Assembly (NCBI GenBank): GCA_963726195.1
Contig: CAVSBO010000016.1
Location: 64,001-128,000, forward strand
DNA length: 64,000 bases
Direction of reading: 5' to 3'
Origin: Candidatus Thorarchaeota archaeon
GTDB taxonomy: Archaea > Asgardarchaeota > Thorarchaeia > Thorarchaeales > Thorarchaeaceae
In this document: in pieces, positions 50,919 to 61,449 of the stretch
Numbering within the stretch: position 1 is the first letter of the stretch
Layout of the letters: every line of letters starts with the position of its first letter
Position numbers and translations under genes: made by a program
The notes under the pieces: model-generated
Seen by the model: only the letters and a program-made list of their open reading frames with translations
Databases searched by the model: none
Told to the model about the DNA's origin: nothing

Positions 50919-52933
50919 ATGAAAGATGCGATGAGCAACATTGACATCATGTTGGTACTTCCAGAGATAAGGAAGGCTGCAGAGGGGGCCTTTGTCAAGA
51001 ACATCTATCATCATGGCCAAGTCTTTGTACTGAAGCTTTACCAGCCCTCTGGTGGTAATGCGCAACTCCTGATTGAGCCGGGTCGTCGGATCCATCTAAC
51101 CGAGTTCCATAGAGTCGCTGAGAAACAACCAACAAAGTTCGTGACTGTCCTACGCAAGTACCTACGGGACAAGAGAATCGTTAGTGTCAGGCAGCATGAA
51201 CTAGATCGCATTGTCGTTTTGGAAACCAGTGACGAATCAGGAACACACAAGCTCGTGGTCGAACTCTTCGGGGAAGGCAATCTGATACTACTGGATCCTG
51301 AAGACGCCATCTTTGTGGCAATGCATTACAAGAGAATGCGTGACCGAGACTTGATACCTAAGGCCAAGTATGAATTGCCGCCGCCAAGAGGAATAGATGT
51401 GCGCACGCTGGAAGGACATTCTCTCAGGGAGATAATGTCCGATTCAGAAGCGAACGTTGTGCGAACACTGGCGAGCCGTCTGAATCTGGATTCGCTAAGT
51501 TGCGAAGAGGTATGTGCACTTTCGGGAGTCTCGTCGAAACTTATGGTGGCAGACCTCGACGACCAGGGATTCTTGGACCTTGAGAATGGGCTACGCTCAT
51601 TTATAGAGAAACTCAAAGCAGGAGTCAATGGCCCTTGTCTAGTCTTTGAGGAGGGAGAGGAGTCAGAGAATGAGAAGTCACCAATGGCATTTCTTCCATT
51701 CGAGTTCGCGTTCTATCGTGAACTACAGACAAAGCGGTTTGATACCTACAGTCAGGCAATTGACGAGTTCTTTGGAGTATCGCCTCAAGAAGAGGCAGAA
51801 GGAGAAACAAGCGATAAGTTCAGTGAGGAAACGCAGCGTCTACAGACAATCATCGACAAACAACAGGAGAGCCTTTTGCTTCTTAGAAAGAAGGCCGAGG
51901 AACTCAGGAATCAAGGGGAAGTCATTTACGCGAACTTCCGAGTCGTTCAGGAAGCACTTGAATCCATAACAGGAGTTCGATCACGTGGACAGCCTTGGGA
52001 CCAAATACTCCGTAGAATCGAGGAAGGAAAGAAAGATGGGGTCGGATCAGCGGTCCTAATTGAGCAGATTATACCCTCTCAGGCACAGATTGTCATGAAC
52101 TTTGGTGGGGCCAAAGCAACGCTTGATATGAGACTGTCCGCTCAGGATAATGCCGCAGCATCTTATGACGAGGCAAAGAAGATGGAAGCCAAAGCCGAGG
52201 GTGCGGAGGCTCAGGTCGCCAAGACACGTTCTCAGCTCGACCGGATGCAGGCACCGGTAGTTCCACAGCCAACAAGAGCAATCTCCACTAAGATAAGGAA
52301 GCAAAAGTGGTATGAGAGATATCGCTGGTTCATGTCGTCAGAGGGCTTTCTTGTATTGGGTGGTCGAGACATCAAGAGCAACGAACAGCTTGCAAAAAGA
52401 CAGATGACTGCAAACGACGTCTTCTTTCATGCATCACTTCATGGTGCGCCATACGTCATTGTGAAAGTCCCGGATCAACCGCCTAGCGAACAGACTCTAA
52501 TTGAGGCTGCACAGTTTGCAGTCGCGTTCTCCAGCGCATGGCATGATGGCCTCTCCTCTGGCGATGCGTACTGGGTCAATCCCGAGCAAGTCAGCTCTCG
52601 CCGCCTACAGGTGAGTATCTGCCACCGGGCGGGATCATGATATATGGCACGAAGAATTACATAAGGGGTGTCCCAGTGGAAGTATCTGTGGGGGTAATGA
52701 TTGAGGGAGAATTCGCGATACCGATTTCGGGACCCACATCTGCGGTGTCAACCAGCACCAGCTATCATGTAAGGATTGTCCCTGGCAAGACCAAGAAGAG
52801 CCAGCTTGTAAAAGAGATTGCAGGGCACTTGGCGCGAATGGCTCCAGAGGAAATTGCTCCTCTCATCACTCGCATACCTCAAGAGGATATGATGCGGGTT
52901 CTTCCTCCGGGTGACGGAGAGATACTTCTCTGA
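50919..52933 (+). CDS. rqcH: Ribosome quality-control protein RqcH/NEMF (NFACT) homologue (frameshifted near 52595-52635)
   Basis: LRKYL, LDRIV, VELFGEGN, KWYERYRWF.SSEG, GGRD...NE, FHASLHGAP, YGTKNY. Confidence 0.92.
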
Positions 52934-53105
52934 GCTCGACGCCGTCATCTAGCGCCGAACACATTCCAACCACATGCTCCAATCAGGGTCAATCTGATGC
53001 CGACAGCACAGACAGATTTAATAAGTTGGTTCAGAGGAAAGCTCACGAAATCACCCATCCGGCTATATTGATGGGATGACTCTCTGACGGACGGAGGTCG
53101 TTTTC

Positions 53106-53669
53106 ATGGCTGAAGGTTCACATGACATGTCTATGAGGGATATCATGACTTCTGACGTGGTCACGATGTCACCTGAGGACTCTGCCCTTGATGTCGCGAA
53201 GTCTATGAGCAAGGCAGACATAAGCTCAATTGTCGTTGTAAGCAAAGCAAGACCCGTAGGTATCATAACTGAAGAGGACTTGGTAAGGCGGGTAATTGCT
53301 AAAGAGCTGAATCCTGAGACGACCAATGCAAGTCAAATCATGAGCTCGCCGCTCATACACGTCACCCTAGATACATCTCTCACTGATGCAATGCGTGTGA
53401 TGGCGCGAAGCGGAATTCAGAGAGTTGCCGTGTTGAAGAATGAGTCTCTCGTGGGTATTGTGACTTCAAAGGACATTCTTCTGTGGTCTCCGGAACTTAT
53501 CGATATCTTGGTCGAGTCACTAAGGATGAAAACCGGCGGGACGGCCAGACCTTACGAAGAAGAAGACGATATCGTAGGATACGGAGGAATTTGTGACAGC
53601 TGCGGTGAGTACTCCACGGACCTAGTTATGGAAGACGGCAGATACTTGTGCGAGGCATGCCGGAGCTAG
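53106..53669 (+). CDS. CBS-pair protein with C-terminal zinc ribbon
   Basis: PVGIITEEDL, LVGIVTSKDI, GICDSC..LCEAC. Confidence 0.9.
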   Translation: MAEGSHDMSMRDIMTSDVVTMSPEDSALDVAKSMSKADISSIVVVSKARPVGIITEEDLVRRVIAKELNPETTNASQIMSSPLIHVTLDTSLTDAMRVMARSGIQRVAVLKNESLVGIVTSKDILLWSPELIDILVESLRMKTGGTARPYEEEDDIVGYGGICDSCGEYSTDLVMEDGRYLCEACRS

Positions 53670-53728
53670 TTCGGTTTATTAGCAGCATCCGGCCTGTATG
53701 GGTGAGCACGATATAGGAGGACTAGGCA

Positions 53729-54544
53729 TTGGAGATATCTCAGTTAATGACTGACCCAGTCACGATTGCTAAGGATCAGAGGTTGTCTTTTGCTCTCGAC
53801 CTTCTTGAGAAGAAGCGGGTGGATAGGCTAATCGTAACTGAAGACGGCAATCTGAGGGGAATACTGACATACGCAGACATCGCTGACCGACTTGGCGTGA
53901 GCAAAGTCATTGCGGTCTCGATTGGAAGACTCCACGTTTCGAGCGCTATGACTGAGACTGTAATCACGGTTCTGCCTACGGATGATGTAACGAATGTCGC
54001 ACAGCTCATGATTGATAGAGGAATGAGCGGGTGTCCCGTCGTAGACAAGGATGGCAGACTCGTGGGTGTAATAACTAAGGCTGAAATCACAACGCTTGCG
54101 AAGAAAATTGAGAATGTAAAAGTGAAGGAACTTATGACCAAAGAGGAGCTCTTGGTAGTCAGCCCGGTAGAGAGACTAATCAAGGCGAGATCGGAAATGC
54201 TTGCGGCCGGTTACACTGGGCTCCCAGTAACTGACGGCAAGCGCGTGCTGGGCCTCCTGACCGAAAGAATGGTCGCAGAAGCCATGGCGAAATTCAGTGA
54301 GGAAGTACCAGACAAGTATCGTGCAAATCAAGTCAGAATGATTCGAGTCGTGGATGCAATGATGCAACAACCTCCTATGGCGGAACCAGACGACCCGATA
54401 TCGGTTGCGGCAACAAAGCTGCTCGAGGCATATCTGAACACTCTGCCCGTCGTTACGAAAGGAAATAAGCTGGTTGGGATAATCAGTGCCACAGATTTCA
54501 CCCGTTTTGTGGCAAACAAGTTCAAGATTCCTCAAACTCGCTAG
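53729..54544 (+). CDS. Four-CBS-domain protein
   Basis: Four GI(L/I)T..D/E-type CBS repeats. Confidence 0.9.
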   Translation: MEISQLMTDPVTIAKDQRLSFALDLLEKKRVDRLIVTEDGNLRGILTYADIADRLGVSKVIAVSIGRLHVSSAMTETVITVLPTDDVTNVAQLMIDRGMSGCPVVDKDGRLVGVITKAEITTLAKKIENVKVKELMTKEELLVVSPVERLIKARSEMLAAGYTGLPVTDGKRVLGLLTERMVAEAMAKFSEEVPDKYRANQVRMIRVVDAMMQQPPMAEPDDPISVAATKLLEAYLNTLPVVTKGNKLVGIISATDFTRFVANKFKIPQTR

Positions 54545-54590
54545 TCGTTCAGCGTTTCTCATGAATGTCCGATGGTGGCCTTGGTAGTAG

Positions 54591-55907
54591 ATGTCAGTGG
54601 ACCTCCTCCTCAAGAATGGCACCGTGATAATTGATGGCATAGAAACTACCCGTTCTGTTGCTGTGAAGTCGAGTAAGATAGAAGGGCTCTATGACCCCGG
54701 AAACGAACCCAGCGCCCAGAAAGTCATTGATTGCGATGGGCTTTACGTACTTCCAGGAGCTATCGATATCCATGTTCATCTAAGAGACCTTGGCGAATCC
54801 CACAAGGAAGACTATGCCACTGGTACAATGGCTGCAGCCGCAGGCGGTGTAACGACAGTTGTTGACATGCCCAACTCGGTTCCACCCATACTATCAATGA
54901 ATGACCTTAAGGAGAAGATTGCAAGCGCACTGGAGAAACGCTTCGTCAATGTTGGGTTCTATGCAGGAATTCCAAAGAATCCTGCAGACTTTGATTCGTC
55001 CATGGTCCCGCACATTCTTGGAATGAAGGAGTATCCCCATTCCCCGTTGGCAAAGGGTGCTACGAGCGCCCATGAAAGGCTCTGTGGTTGTATGGATATT
55101 TCCCGGAAACACGGTCTCCCGCTTCTCTTTCATCCAGACTCCTCAAAGCCGGGTTCGAGGGCAGAAACTCTGGACGCCTACTTTGATCTTCATAGCTGTG
55201 AAAGCGAAGTCAAGTCAATCCAGCAGTTTCTGGACGCTCAGAAGGAAGTCGGGGGACATCTGCACGTCTGCCATGTGAGCTGTGCAACGGGGATTCGACT
55301 CATAGGAAAGCACAGGGCGGAACAGAGCGTTACCGCTGAAACAACACCTCATCACTTGCTCCTGTCAAGCAATCAGTTTCCGAACACGGATGGCACTGCA
55401 AAGATGCTGCCCCCACTGCGATCTTCATACGACAACAGTTCACTCAGACAGGCCCTATGCGGACGGTGTACAATTGATTGTGTTGTCTCCGATCATGCGC
55501 CCCATACGGAGCAGGAGAAGCACTCTGCATTCCTGAAAGCCTCGTCGGGGATACCAGGTCTCGAAACAATTGTACCCTTAATGCTGACAGAGGTTCTCGA
55601 AGGACGATTGTCATGGGTAGATTATCTGCGATGCTGCTGCTCGGCGCCTGCGTGGGTGTTGCAGATTCCTGCGAAAGGCGTCCTGTCAAAGCACTACGAT
55701 GCGGATATCACCGTGGTTGAGAAGACAGATACGGTGATACATGGGGCAGACTTCCAGTCAAAGGCCAAGATTACACCTTTCGAGGGGCGGCGCGTACTGG
55801 CTCATCCTGTGGTGACTATTGTGGGCGGAGAACCCGTTTATGACCATGGTAAGTTCCTAGTCGGACATGGAACCGCAGGAAGAGTGCCAGTGCGAGCGAG
55901 AAGATGA
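54591..55907 (+). CDS. pyrC: Dihydroorotase
   Basis: PGAIDIHVHLR, GGVTTVVDMPN, ETTPHHL, PPLR, SDHAPH. Confidence 0.9.
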   Translation: MSVDLLLKNGTVIIDGIETTRSVAVKSSKIEGLYDPGNEPSAQKVIDCDGLYVLPGAIDIHVHLRDLGESHKEDYATGTMAAAAGGVTTVVDMPNSVPPILSMNDLKEKIASALEKRFVNVGFYAGIPKNPADFDSSMVPHILGMKEYPHSPLAKGATSAHERLCGCMDISRKHGLPLLFHPDSSKPGSRAETLDAYFDLHSCESEVKSIQQFLDAQKEVGGHLHVCHVSCATGIRLIGKHRAEQSVTAETTPHHLLLSSNQFPNTDGTAKMLPPLRSSYDNSSLRQALCGRCTIDCVVSDHAPHTEQEKHSAFLKASSGIPGLETIVPLMLTEVLEGRLSWVDYLRCCCSAPAWVLQIPAKGVLSKHYDADITVVEKTDTVIHGADFQSKAKITPFEGRRVLAHPVVTIVGGEPVYDHGKFLVGHGTAGRVPVRARR

Positions 55908-55941
55908 GGACCTGCTCACAGATGTGAAGTCACTGGGGGAC

Positions 55942-57128
55942 TTGAAACAGCGACAGGAGCAGTACAAGCACACCACTTCAGTCGTGATATCAATCGTCCA
56001 CCTAGACATACGGAAGGAGTGTATATCTGCGTGATGAGCATCAAGTAATGCGTCGAGGGGCAGAAGAATCGATGATACTGACATACAAGGTTCGGCACGA
56101 CCGCGACTTCTCCGAAGAGCTGAGAAAAGCAAGAAAGATTGCAAGGATTGCAGTGGAATCGCCTCTTCTATTAAGAACACCCGTGTGAAACACATCGGCC
56201 TGAAGTCAGTGATAGCGAACCAGGTACTCAGGAAGTACGGACGAAACAAGCAGACTAGGAAAGTGCGTTCTGTCAAGACTGACCATTCCGTGTCAAGGCA
56301 TACAGTGCGACCGAGAGAAGAGAACGATAAGGATCACTTCCCTCGGAATGGAGTTCGCGTACAGGTTCAGGGACGATTTTGTGAAGATTAACCAGATAGA
56401 GGTTGACAGGAGATTCTTGTACGTCTCGCTGACTGCAAAAGAAGCAGAGCCGCTCGCTCTGGAGGGATACATCGGTATCGACCTGAATGCTACGGGTCAT
56501 GCAGCAGTGGTCGCAATCCCTGCCACAGGAAAGGTCCTGAAGCTTGGAAGGAAAGCCTATCACATACACAAGAAGTACAGGGAGATGAGAAGAAGACTTC
56601 AACACATGGGGAAGTACCGGAAACTGAAGAGCGTAAAGAACAGGGAATCGAAGATTGTAAGGGACTCAATCACCAGATGAGCCGAAAGATCGTCGACACT
56701 GCATTCGAACACAGATGTGGAATACGACTTGAAGACCTGAGCGGTATCACCAGTACTGTAAGGACGAGGCGTTCGTTCAGATACTCCCTGCACAGCTGGT
56801 CGTTCTATCAGCTGAAAGACATGATAGAATACAAGGCTAGGCTGCTCGGAGTAAAGGTCGAATATGTCAATCCTGCATATACGTCAAAGACTTGCAGCAA
56901 GTGCGGCTCGATTGGTGACAGGAGTAAGAAGGAGTTCATGTGTCCCGCTTGCGGGCACGTTGACCATGCCAATGCAGCATTCAATATCGCAAAGGCATCG
57001 TCGGGCATGAGCCAATCCTTTGCACATAGAGATGCAGAGGACGGGAGCACTGACACCCCCAGAGACGCAATGGTCATGAATGCAACCAACGCCAGAACCC
57101 CATGACTTAAGTCGTGAGTGTGTGTCAG
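55942..57128 (+). mobile_element. Degenerate IS605-type element: internally deleted tnpA remnant plus tnpB
   Basis: YKHTTSVVISIVH (TnpA N-terminus-like) and VEGQKNR-stop overlapping the tnpB ATG; right-end hairpin CATGACTTAAGTCGTG followed by GTGTCAG. Confidence 0.7.
56072..57105 (+). pseudogene. tnpB: tnpB with three frameshifts and no RuvC-III Asp
   Basis: MILTYKVRHDRDFSEEL, GIDLN, RLEDL, WSFYQL, CSKCG..CPACG, HVDHANAAFNI. Confidence 0.85.
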
Positions 57129-57180
57129 GAAAAGCATAACGGCATGATGTGCAGGAATTCTGACATAGGAGTGATGACAG

Positions 57181-57810
57181 TTGTCGAGCGCGTATTCCGA
57201 CGCTGAGGGAATCTTTCTCGTGAAACTTGCCAGACAGACCGTGGAAGACTATGTCCGGTCTAAGAAGAAACCTGAACCGCCTGCGGACACCCCGGCCAAC
57301 CTTAAGAAAGAGTCTGGAGTATTTGTCACTCTGAATTCACTTGCAGGTAGGTATGTAGAATTGAGAGGCTGCATCGGGCGTCCCTATCCAAGTGAGCCCC
57401 TAGTGGAAGCAACGATTGACTCCGCCATAGACGCGGCCGTTAACGACTTTCGATTTGGAGCAGTAGCGCCTAAGGAACTAAGTACGATTCTTGTGGAACT
57501 CAGCATACTGACACCGCCGCAAAAACTGACTTACTCCAATCCCGTCGAACTGCTAGACCTAGTTCAAATTGGCCGTGATGGCTTAATAGCAGGTAGGGGT
57601 CGACAACGCGGGCTTTTGCTTCCTCAGGTCCCGGTGGAGTACGGATGGAATGTGAAAGAGTTTCTACAACATACCTGCAACAAGGCGGGTTTGCCAGCCG
57701 ATACTTGGATGGACCCAAGAACCGAGTTCATGTCATTCCAAGCCGAGATTTTCGGAGAAGTCAAACCTCGAGGAGAAGTGGTCAGGAACCCGCAACATCC
57801 GAGAATGTGA
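57181..57810 (+). CDS. AMMECR1-domain protein
   Basis: GVFVTL, LRGCIG, VELSILTPP, GRDGLI, GLLLPQV, CNKAGL. Confidence 0.95.
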   Translation: MSSAYSDAEGIFLVKLARQTVEDYVRSKKKPEPPADTPANLKKESGVFVTLNSLAGRYVELRGCIGRPYPSEPLVEATIDSAIDAAVNDFRFGAVAPKELSTILVELSILTPPQKLTYSNPVELLDLVQIGRDGLIAGRGRQRGLLLPQVPVEYGWNVKEFLQHTCNKAGLPADTWMDPRTEFMSFQAEIFGEVKPRGEVVRNPQHPRM

Positions 57811-58692
57811 ATGAGGGAGAGAATGCTCGTGAAGGGGCTACCGCCAAGCGTCGTTGACACCCTGAGGGGTTTTCTGGAGGAGGACATTCGATCGGGTGAT
57901 ATCACAACCGATGCCCTCGGGCCATTGAATGCCGCAGCAGTAGGCACAGTGGTGGCCAAGAGCAAAACCATCGTCGCGGGGCTCGAAGAAGCTGCGGCTA
58001 TCGCTGATATCTCTGGTCTTAATCACGAAGTCCTCGTATTCGAAGGCAACTGGGTTGCACCCGGAGAGCCCGTGATTCGCTTGATGGGACCTGCGAGGAT
58101 ACTGCTCAGTACTGAACGAGTTGTTCTCAACATAATCATGCGCATGAGCGGAGTTGCAACAAAAACCTACAACATGGTGCAGGCCGCAAGAAGAGAAAAT
58201 CCAAGGATAATTGTTACCGCGACGCGAAAGACAACCCCTGGTTTCCGATACTTCGAGAAACGTGCCGTCGAGATAGGTGGCGGAGATCCACACCGCTTCG
58301 CACTGGACGATATGGTGCTGATAAAGAACAATCATATTACACTCGTTGGAGGCGTCACGCAAGCCGTGCGGATGGCGAGGGAACGCACATCCTTTACCAA
58401 GAAGATCTCATGTGAGGCTAGGGACTTGCAGGAGGCCCTAGAAGCAGCGGAGACAGGTGTAGACATAATCCTGCTTGATAACCTCTCTCCTAGAGACATC
58501 GAGAGTGTGCACAAAGCACTGGTGCAGAGAGGAATGCGCGACAAAATCATTCTAGAGGCCTCTGGAGGAGTGGATGAGGACAATGTGCGAGCATTCGCAA
58601 AAAGCGGTGTGGATGTCATATCGTCGGGTGCTCTCACTCATTCCTACTCGTCGTCCGACTTCAGCATGAGCATCTCATTGGCTCAGCAATGA
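57811..58692 (+). CDS. nadC: Quinolinate phosphoribosyltransferase
   Basis: EDIRSGDITT, TRKTTPG, HRFALDD, IKNNH, LLDN, EASGG. Confidence 0.95.
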   Translation: MRERMLVKGLPPSVVDTLRGFLEEDIRSGDITTDALGPLNAAAVGTVVAKSKTIVAGLEEAAAIADISGLNHEVLVFEGNWVAPGEPVIRLMGPARILLSTERVVLNIIMRMSGVATKTYNMVQAARRENPRIIVTATRKTTPGFRYFEKRAVEIGGGDPHRFALDDMVLIKNNHITLVGGVTQAVRMARERTSFTKKISCEARDLQEALEAAETGVDIILLDNLSPRDIESVHKALVQRGMRDKIILEASGGVDEDNVRAFAKSGVDVISSGALTHSYSSSDFSMSISLAQQ

Positions 58693-58719
58693 AACAGAAC
58701 GGATTGGTCAGTTTGGAAT

Positions 58720-58797
58720 TGGTGCCCCGGCCGGGATTTGGACCCGGGTCGGGGGAGCGAAAGTCCCCAATGCTGGGCCGGACTACACCACCGGGGC
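58720..58797 (-). tRNA. tRNA-Glu(TTC), CCA encoded
   Basis: GCCCCGG acceptor stem, GGGGA-CT-TTC-GC-TCCCC anticodon arm. Confidence 0.95.
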
Positions 58798-58917
58798 CTA
58801 GACGCACCGGACTGCCTGAAGCAGTTATTAAGATTGTGACACGCTTCGTACGAACTTGTCGTTTTTGTGTCAGAGATATCAAGTGTGAACGGAGACACGT
58901 GAATGCACGTCCACTTT

Positions 58918-59427
58918 CTAGTGCTTGAGCGTAGGACTCGGCTGTTCCTTTTCATCGCAGAGTTTCCCAAGGGCTCGAGCATTGCGCGGGATTCGGCGTG
59001 AATGCGCGGGCCCTACGGCGCTGCGTTCTGGCTTCTCAAAACAAGGGCTCTCAGAGGATTCCGTCTTTGGTGAACTGCAATGGCGTATAGAGCTTAGAGG
59101 GGGCCAGGGGTCATCACCTATTCCACGTGAGAAGTCGCCAACAGCCGCCTGTAAGATGAACGATTGGAGCTCACTCTCGCTTGGCACGCCGTATAATGCC
59201 TTACAGCCTGCCACAAGCGTGGGCACAACCATGATGCCGTATGCTTCAGCAATAAACGGATGCCTCTCCACATTTACCTCGTACACCTGTGCAACGTCTG
59301 CTAGGTCTGATTCGTCTTGGTCGAGCATGCCTTTGACCATATTGCATAACACGCAGTGATTTGATGTAAACAGGAGAATCATCCAAGTTGCTCCATTCGG
59401 CTTTTCTCGTAGTCCCGCCCCGGTCAT
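58918..59427 (-). CDS. Thioredoxin-fold protein (CVLC)
   Basis: FTSNHCVLC, AEAYGIMVVPTL, YGVPSESEL. Confidence 0.8.
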   Translation of the reverse strand: MTGAGLREKPNGATWMILLFTSNHCVLCNMVKGMLDQDESDLADVAQVYEVNVERHPFIAEAYGIMVVPTLVAGCKALYGVPSESELQSFILQAAVGDFSRGIGDDPWPPLSSIRHCSSPKTESSESPCFEKPERSAVGPAHSRRIPRNARALGKLCDEKEQPSPTLKH

Positions 59428-59615
59428 TTAAAGTCAGAAAAACATGAGGCAAGTTGCGCCGTCTCAAATGCGATGTGTTTTCATTGCGAAGGGGTTACCG
59501 CATGGAGAGGATAGTCTTGGATGGGTTGAGGTCGGTGGAGCAAAGAGCGCGCTTTCTTTCGCAATGTTAATATCACGAAGGCGGAAAGGGTTCCTTGTCC
59601 AATCATGTATTGAGT

Positions 59616-59722
59616 GGGCCCGTAGCCCAGCTTGGTAGTGCTTGTTCTCATTATGAGCGAGCGCCGTGAGCAGCAGGCTCATAACCTGTCCGTCGCGGGT
59701 TCAAGTCCCGTCGGGCCCACCA
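59616..59722 (+). tRNA. tRNA(CAT), probably Ile2, with 30-nt intron at 22/23
   Basis: GGGCCCG acceptor typical of archaeal Ile2; GCAGG-CT-CAT-AA-CCTGT; BHB-flanked insert 59639-59668. Confidence 0.88.
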
Positions 59723-59800
59723 CAATCAGGTTCTTCTCATCTCTCTGGGTTGTGTCCCTCAAAATTGTTCACTGTCTCTTCAGAACATCTAAGGAAAAAG

Positions 59801-59934
59801 TGGCGCCGCCGAGAGGGTTTCCGGACAGTCCGGGACTCGGAGAGTCTCTCGAACCTCTGACCAGTCGTCGCGCGTGCCAGAGCATTACGCTACAACTTAA
59901 CAGGCTGTCGCTCTACCGACTGAGCCACGGCGGC
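59801..59934 (-). tRNA. tRNA-Asn(GTT) with two non-canonical introns (variable region and 59/60)
   Basis: GCCGCCG acceptor, ACAGC-CT-GTT-AA-GTTGT; inserts at ~59862-59889 and 59818-59847. Confidence 0.88.
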
Positions 59935-60161
59935 ACTCGACCGCAAGTTCCTTGTCGTCACAATATTAACGTTACTGTCAGACAGGGCATTAGTGCCGAA
60001 TACTTCGTTGAAACCCCCAACTTGCTGGCTCAGCGAGATAGTGACAATAGACGACTTAGGCCGCGTAATTCAGAACAAGGCAAAGAACTGTTTCGTGTCC
60101 AGAAAGCTCATTCCGCTGATTTCAATCACTACTATACGCCAAAGACTGATAACATACGGTT

Positions 60162-60803
60162 ATGCCCGAGAATTTCATGGTGTCCGATTCAGGCCACAAT
60201 TCTGCCCTTGTATGGTGTCCACTCATACCGCTTGATGATTTGAGTGGATTGGCCGGACACGAAGACGAGCTTGAGAAGATAAATCAAGTCTACGACGATT
60301 GGCGTTCGTCAATGAGAGGACGACAGACCGCGGTGGACGATGTCGGTATCTTCCTCGATAGGATACGAATGCTGTGGATCAGTGTCGGAATAGCATGTGG
60401 TGCAGAACGCGTTCTTGCGGAGAGAGTGCAGACAATTGTCGGGACTCAGCTCAGAAGAGGAGCGCTAACACTTGTTTCAAGGATGTCAAGCGAGAACTCT
60501 GAAGAAGTTGCCGTGAAGCACACACTCACCAGCTTCTTTCAGCAATTAAGGTTCGGCCATGATATATTCCCGCTGGAAGAAATACAGAAAGTTGCTGTGC
60601 CTCCGGACCACTCGAAAAAGCCGTCAGACTCTGCTTCATACCACAAGACCCAGAGAGAATCCAAACGGGAAAAGAACATTGAAGATGCCCAGAAGAATGT
60701 GTCCGGTTACGGAGTTGTCGGAACTGCTCTAGGTGAGAGCCTGAGGATTCTCGGTGAATTGTTCGCGCATCTTCTGAGCCCGGACCCATGGGGAGTAGAG
60801 TAG
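60162..60803 (+). CDS. Hypothetical protein
   Basis: 213-aa ORF filling the gap; no recognised motif. Confidence 0.6.
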   Translation: MPENFMVSDSGHNSALVWCPLIPLDDLSGLAGHEDELEKINQVYDDWRSSMRGRQTAVDDVGIFLDRIRMLWISVGIACGAERVLAERVQTIVGTQLRRGALTLVSRMSSENSEEVAVKHTLTSFFQQLRFGHDIFPLEEIQKVAVPPDHSKKPSDSASYHKTQRESKREKNIEDAQKNVSGYGVVGTALGESLRILGELFAHLLSPDPWGVE

Positions 60804-60828
60804 CTAATACGAAGTGCCATCGAGACAA

Positions 60829-61401
60829 TTATACCCGAGATATCGCTTGGCCTGATTTGATAAATGCCACCTCCGATGTTCTCATGTCGACCCAGTCTGT
60901 GTGATACAGAGTCACTTCAACTCGAGACTGCGAAATCCCCATCTCGATGAAGCTTGCATCAGTACGTCCTTCCCACCCGCCTGTGGACCCTGAGATGCTC
61001 CCGGGGTTCAGGAAGAGCCGCTTTTCGTAAAGATCTATCGCCTCATCGTGGGTGTGACCATGGACCGTGACATCGGCATCGACACGTTTAGCAATCTCCC
61101 ATAGCTGCACAAGATCTCCTCGTGGTCTAATCTGCGTACCGTGAAGAAGCAGGATATTGATGTCTTCTATCTTGATTTCCTCGTGCATGTTGTAACGCCC
61201 CTCAAGATCCATGTTCCCCCGGACGATATGAGACTGGGGCAGTGGTGGCATGGCCTTTCTCATGTCGCTCTCGCGCACCAAATCGCCAGTGACTAATGCC
61301 AAATCGTATTGCGTTGATTGAATATGCTCATAGAAAGATGTGGGTATCGAATCTCTGCGTGTTGGGATGTGAGCGTCGCCAAAGACCAAGATGCGTTTCA
61401 A
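60829..61401 (-). CDS. YfcE/Vps29-family metallophosphoesterase
   Basis: GDAHIPTR, TGDL, VRGNMD, LHG, GHTH, LNPGSISG. Confidence 0.92.
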   Translation of the reverse strand: MKRILVFGDAHIPTRRDSIPTSFYEHIQSTQYDLALVTGDLVRESDMRKAMPPLPQSHIVRGNMDLEGRYNMHEEIKIEDINILLLHGTQIRPRGDLVQLWEIAKRVDADVTVHGHTHDEAIDLYEKRLFLNPGSISGSTGGWEGRTDASFIEMGISQSRVEVTLYHTDWVDMRTSEVAFIKSGQAISRV

Positions 61402-61449
61402 GTCCTGACTCGCCCTCCTGGTCCTGCCTTAGACATTATGTTGGAGCCA

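Noticed and set aside
5043-52933. Programmed frameshifting or real pseudogenes in srp54, atpB, smc, glmU and rqcH
   Set aside because: No shared slippery sequence, the genes are important housekeeping genes and motifs are intact on both sides; sequencing error is simpler
57143-57208. Second C/D sRNA (ATGATGT..CTGA..GTGATGA..CTGA)
   Set aside because: Overlaps the SD and start of the AMMECR1 gene, spacing is off, no terminal stem and no recognisable rRNA target
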